A stretch of DNA of 63,388 nt, counting the filler, from Octopus bimaculoides (Eukaryota): NCBI RefSeq assembly GCF_001194135.2. It is 5 parts of 5 records of this genome, joined end to end, with 100 filler letters (N's around TTAATTAATTAA, not from the genome) between each part and the next. Parts side by side here need not be neighbours in the genome. Positions count along the whole stretch, not along the records: positions 61,207 to 63,388 come from NW_026386659.1; 4 more parts are not named here. One strand, written 5' to 3'. Shown here piece after piece: positions 61,835 to 63,388 of the stretch. Below the pieces are notes generated by a model. The model was given only the letters and a program-made list of their open reading frames with translations. It was not told the origin of the DNA and made no database searches. Positions within the stretch are counted from its first letter, which is position 1; every line of letters begins with the position of its first letter. Made by a program: the position numbers and the translations under genes.

Positions 61835-62659
61835 TGACTGCTAAATCTACAAGCTNNNNNNNNNNNNNNNNNNNNNNNNNNNNNNNNNNNNNNNNNNNNN
61901 NNNNNNNNNNNNNNNNNNNNNNNNNNNNNNNNNNNNNNNNNNNNNNNNNNNNNNNNNNNNNNNNNNNNNNNNNNNNNNNNNNNNNNNNNNNNNNNNNNNN
62001 NNNNNNNNNNNNNNNNNNNNNNNNNNNNNNNNNNNNNNNNNNNNNNNNNNNNNNNNNNNNNNNNNNNNNNNNNNNNNNNNNNNNNNNNNNNNNNNNNNNN
62101 NNNNNNNNNNNNNNNNNNNNNNNNNNNNNNNNNNNNNNNNNNNNNNNNNNNNNNNNNNNNNNNNNNNNNNNNNNNNNNNNNNNNNNNNNNNNNNNNNNNN
62201 NNNNNNNNNNNNNNNNNNNNNNNNNNNNNNNNNNNNNNNNNNNNNNNNNNNNNNNNNNNNNNNNNNNNNNNNNNNNNNNNNNNNNNNNNNNNNNNNNNNN
62301 NNNNNNNNNNNNNNNNNNNNNNNNNNNNNNNNNNNNNNNNNNNNNNNNNNNNNNNNNNNNNNNNNNNNNNNNNNNNNNNNNNNNNNNNNNNNNNNNNNNN
62401 NNNNNNNNNNNNNNNNNNNNNNNNNNNNNNNNNNNNNNNNNNNNNNNNNNNNNNNNNNNNNNNNNNNNNNNNNNNNNNNNNNNNNNNNNNNNNNNNNNNN
62501 NNNNNNNNNNNNNNNNNNNNNNNNNNNNNNNNNNNNNNNNNNNNNNNNNNNNNNNNNNNNNNNNNNNNNNNNNNNNNNNNNNNNNNNNNNNNNNNNNNNN
62601 NNNNNNNNNNNNNNNNNNNNNNNNNNNNNNNNNNNNNNNNNNNNNNNNNATATACATAC

Positions 62660-62820
62660 GACGGGTCTCTTTCAGTTTCTGTTTACCAAATCCACTCACA
62701 AGGATTTGGTGAGCCTGAGGCTATAGTAGAAGACACTTGCTCAGGGTGCCATGCAGTGGGACTGAACCAGGGACCATGTGATTGGGAAGCAACCTTCTTA
62801 CCACATAGCCACGCCTGCAG
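62660..62820 (-). mobile_element. SINE family B 5' module
   Basis: ACGACGGGTCTCTTTCAGTTTCTGTTTACCAAATCCACTCAC...GAAGACACTTGCTCAGGGTGCC...CTTCTTACCACATAGCCACGCCTGC. Confidence 0.92.
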
Positions 62821-63244
62821 ATGTAGTGTGTGTTTGTAGGTGGGTGTTTGAAGTAAAACCAGAGTCTATATGGATAGAGAGAGGAAGAGAGGAAGAGAGG
62901 TGGAGGGTGAGAGAGAGAGACAGAGAGGATGGATGATCGTGGGTGGAGAGGGGAGAGACATGGTGAATGCATATAGGCTTTTATGGATTGGAATTACATG
63001 TGAGAGAGCTTGTAGAGAGGGGTCGAGGACACTACACCAGCTGCTTCTTTATACATGGTCAATATGTCAATAGTTGGTAGGTGGTGGTCATGGCGAGAGG
63101 GGCGGTGGTGCATGGTATTATGGCTGTTGATGGTGGAGGTGGCAGCGTGGACATGATGATGGAAGTGTAATGATGGTGGTGGTGGTGGTGGTGGTAGTGG
63201 CATTGACAGTTGTGGGAAACAAACAGGCAGGTCTGAGAGGGAGA

Positions 63245-63388
63245 TGGGCGTGTCTGTGTGGTAGGAAGCTTACCAACCACATGGTTCTGGGTTCAGTCCC
63301 ACTGAGTGGCAGCTTCGGTAAGTGTCTTCTACAATAGGCTCGGTCCAACCAAACCCTTGTGAGTGGATTTGGTAGACGGAAACTGAAA
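63245..63388 (+). mobile_element. SINE family B 5' module (runs off the window)
   Basis: CTGTGTGGTAGGAAGC...GGTTCAGTCCCACTG...AAGTGTCTTCTAC...GTGAGTGGATTTGGTAGACGGAAACTGAAA. Confidence 0.92.

Overview
AT-rich, microsatellite-dense, gapped animal DNA. Repeat content and style suggest an octopod cephalopod (inference from remembered octopus SINE families; not checked). No host protein-coding gene, tRNA, rRNA or CRISPR array could be supported. Almost all long ORFs in the supplied track are microsatellite or N-gap artefacts. The window is a mosaic of decayed mobile elements: five Dong/R4-type RLE LINE fragments, L1/Tx1-type LINE 3' ends, RTE fragments (one with an apparent 5' inversion), a 2.2-kb CR1-group APE-RT fragment, a Penelope-like (PLE) GIY-YIG fragment, five mariner pieces, a Tc1/mariner MITE, and about 30 copies of at least four modular tRNA-derived SINE families. 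The most notable signal is a set of short (about 120-255 bp) fold-back elements that look like MITEs but carry minimal type I hammerhead ribozyme folds (16500-16667, 30843-31015, 42661-42914, possibly 40989-41107), plus a dispersed repeat with a G3-C8 core-swap hammerhead candidate (15975-16025, 30359-30409). I interpret these as PLE pseudo-LTR relics. All folds were worked out by hand and activity is untested. Four 100-bp N44-TTAATTAATTAA-N44 blocks are artificial scaffold spacers, so adjacency across them is not reliable. Most element boundaries are approximate.
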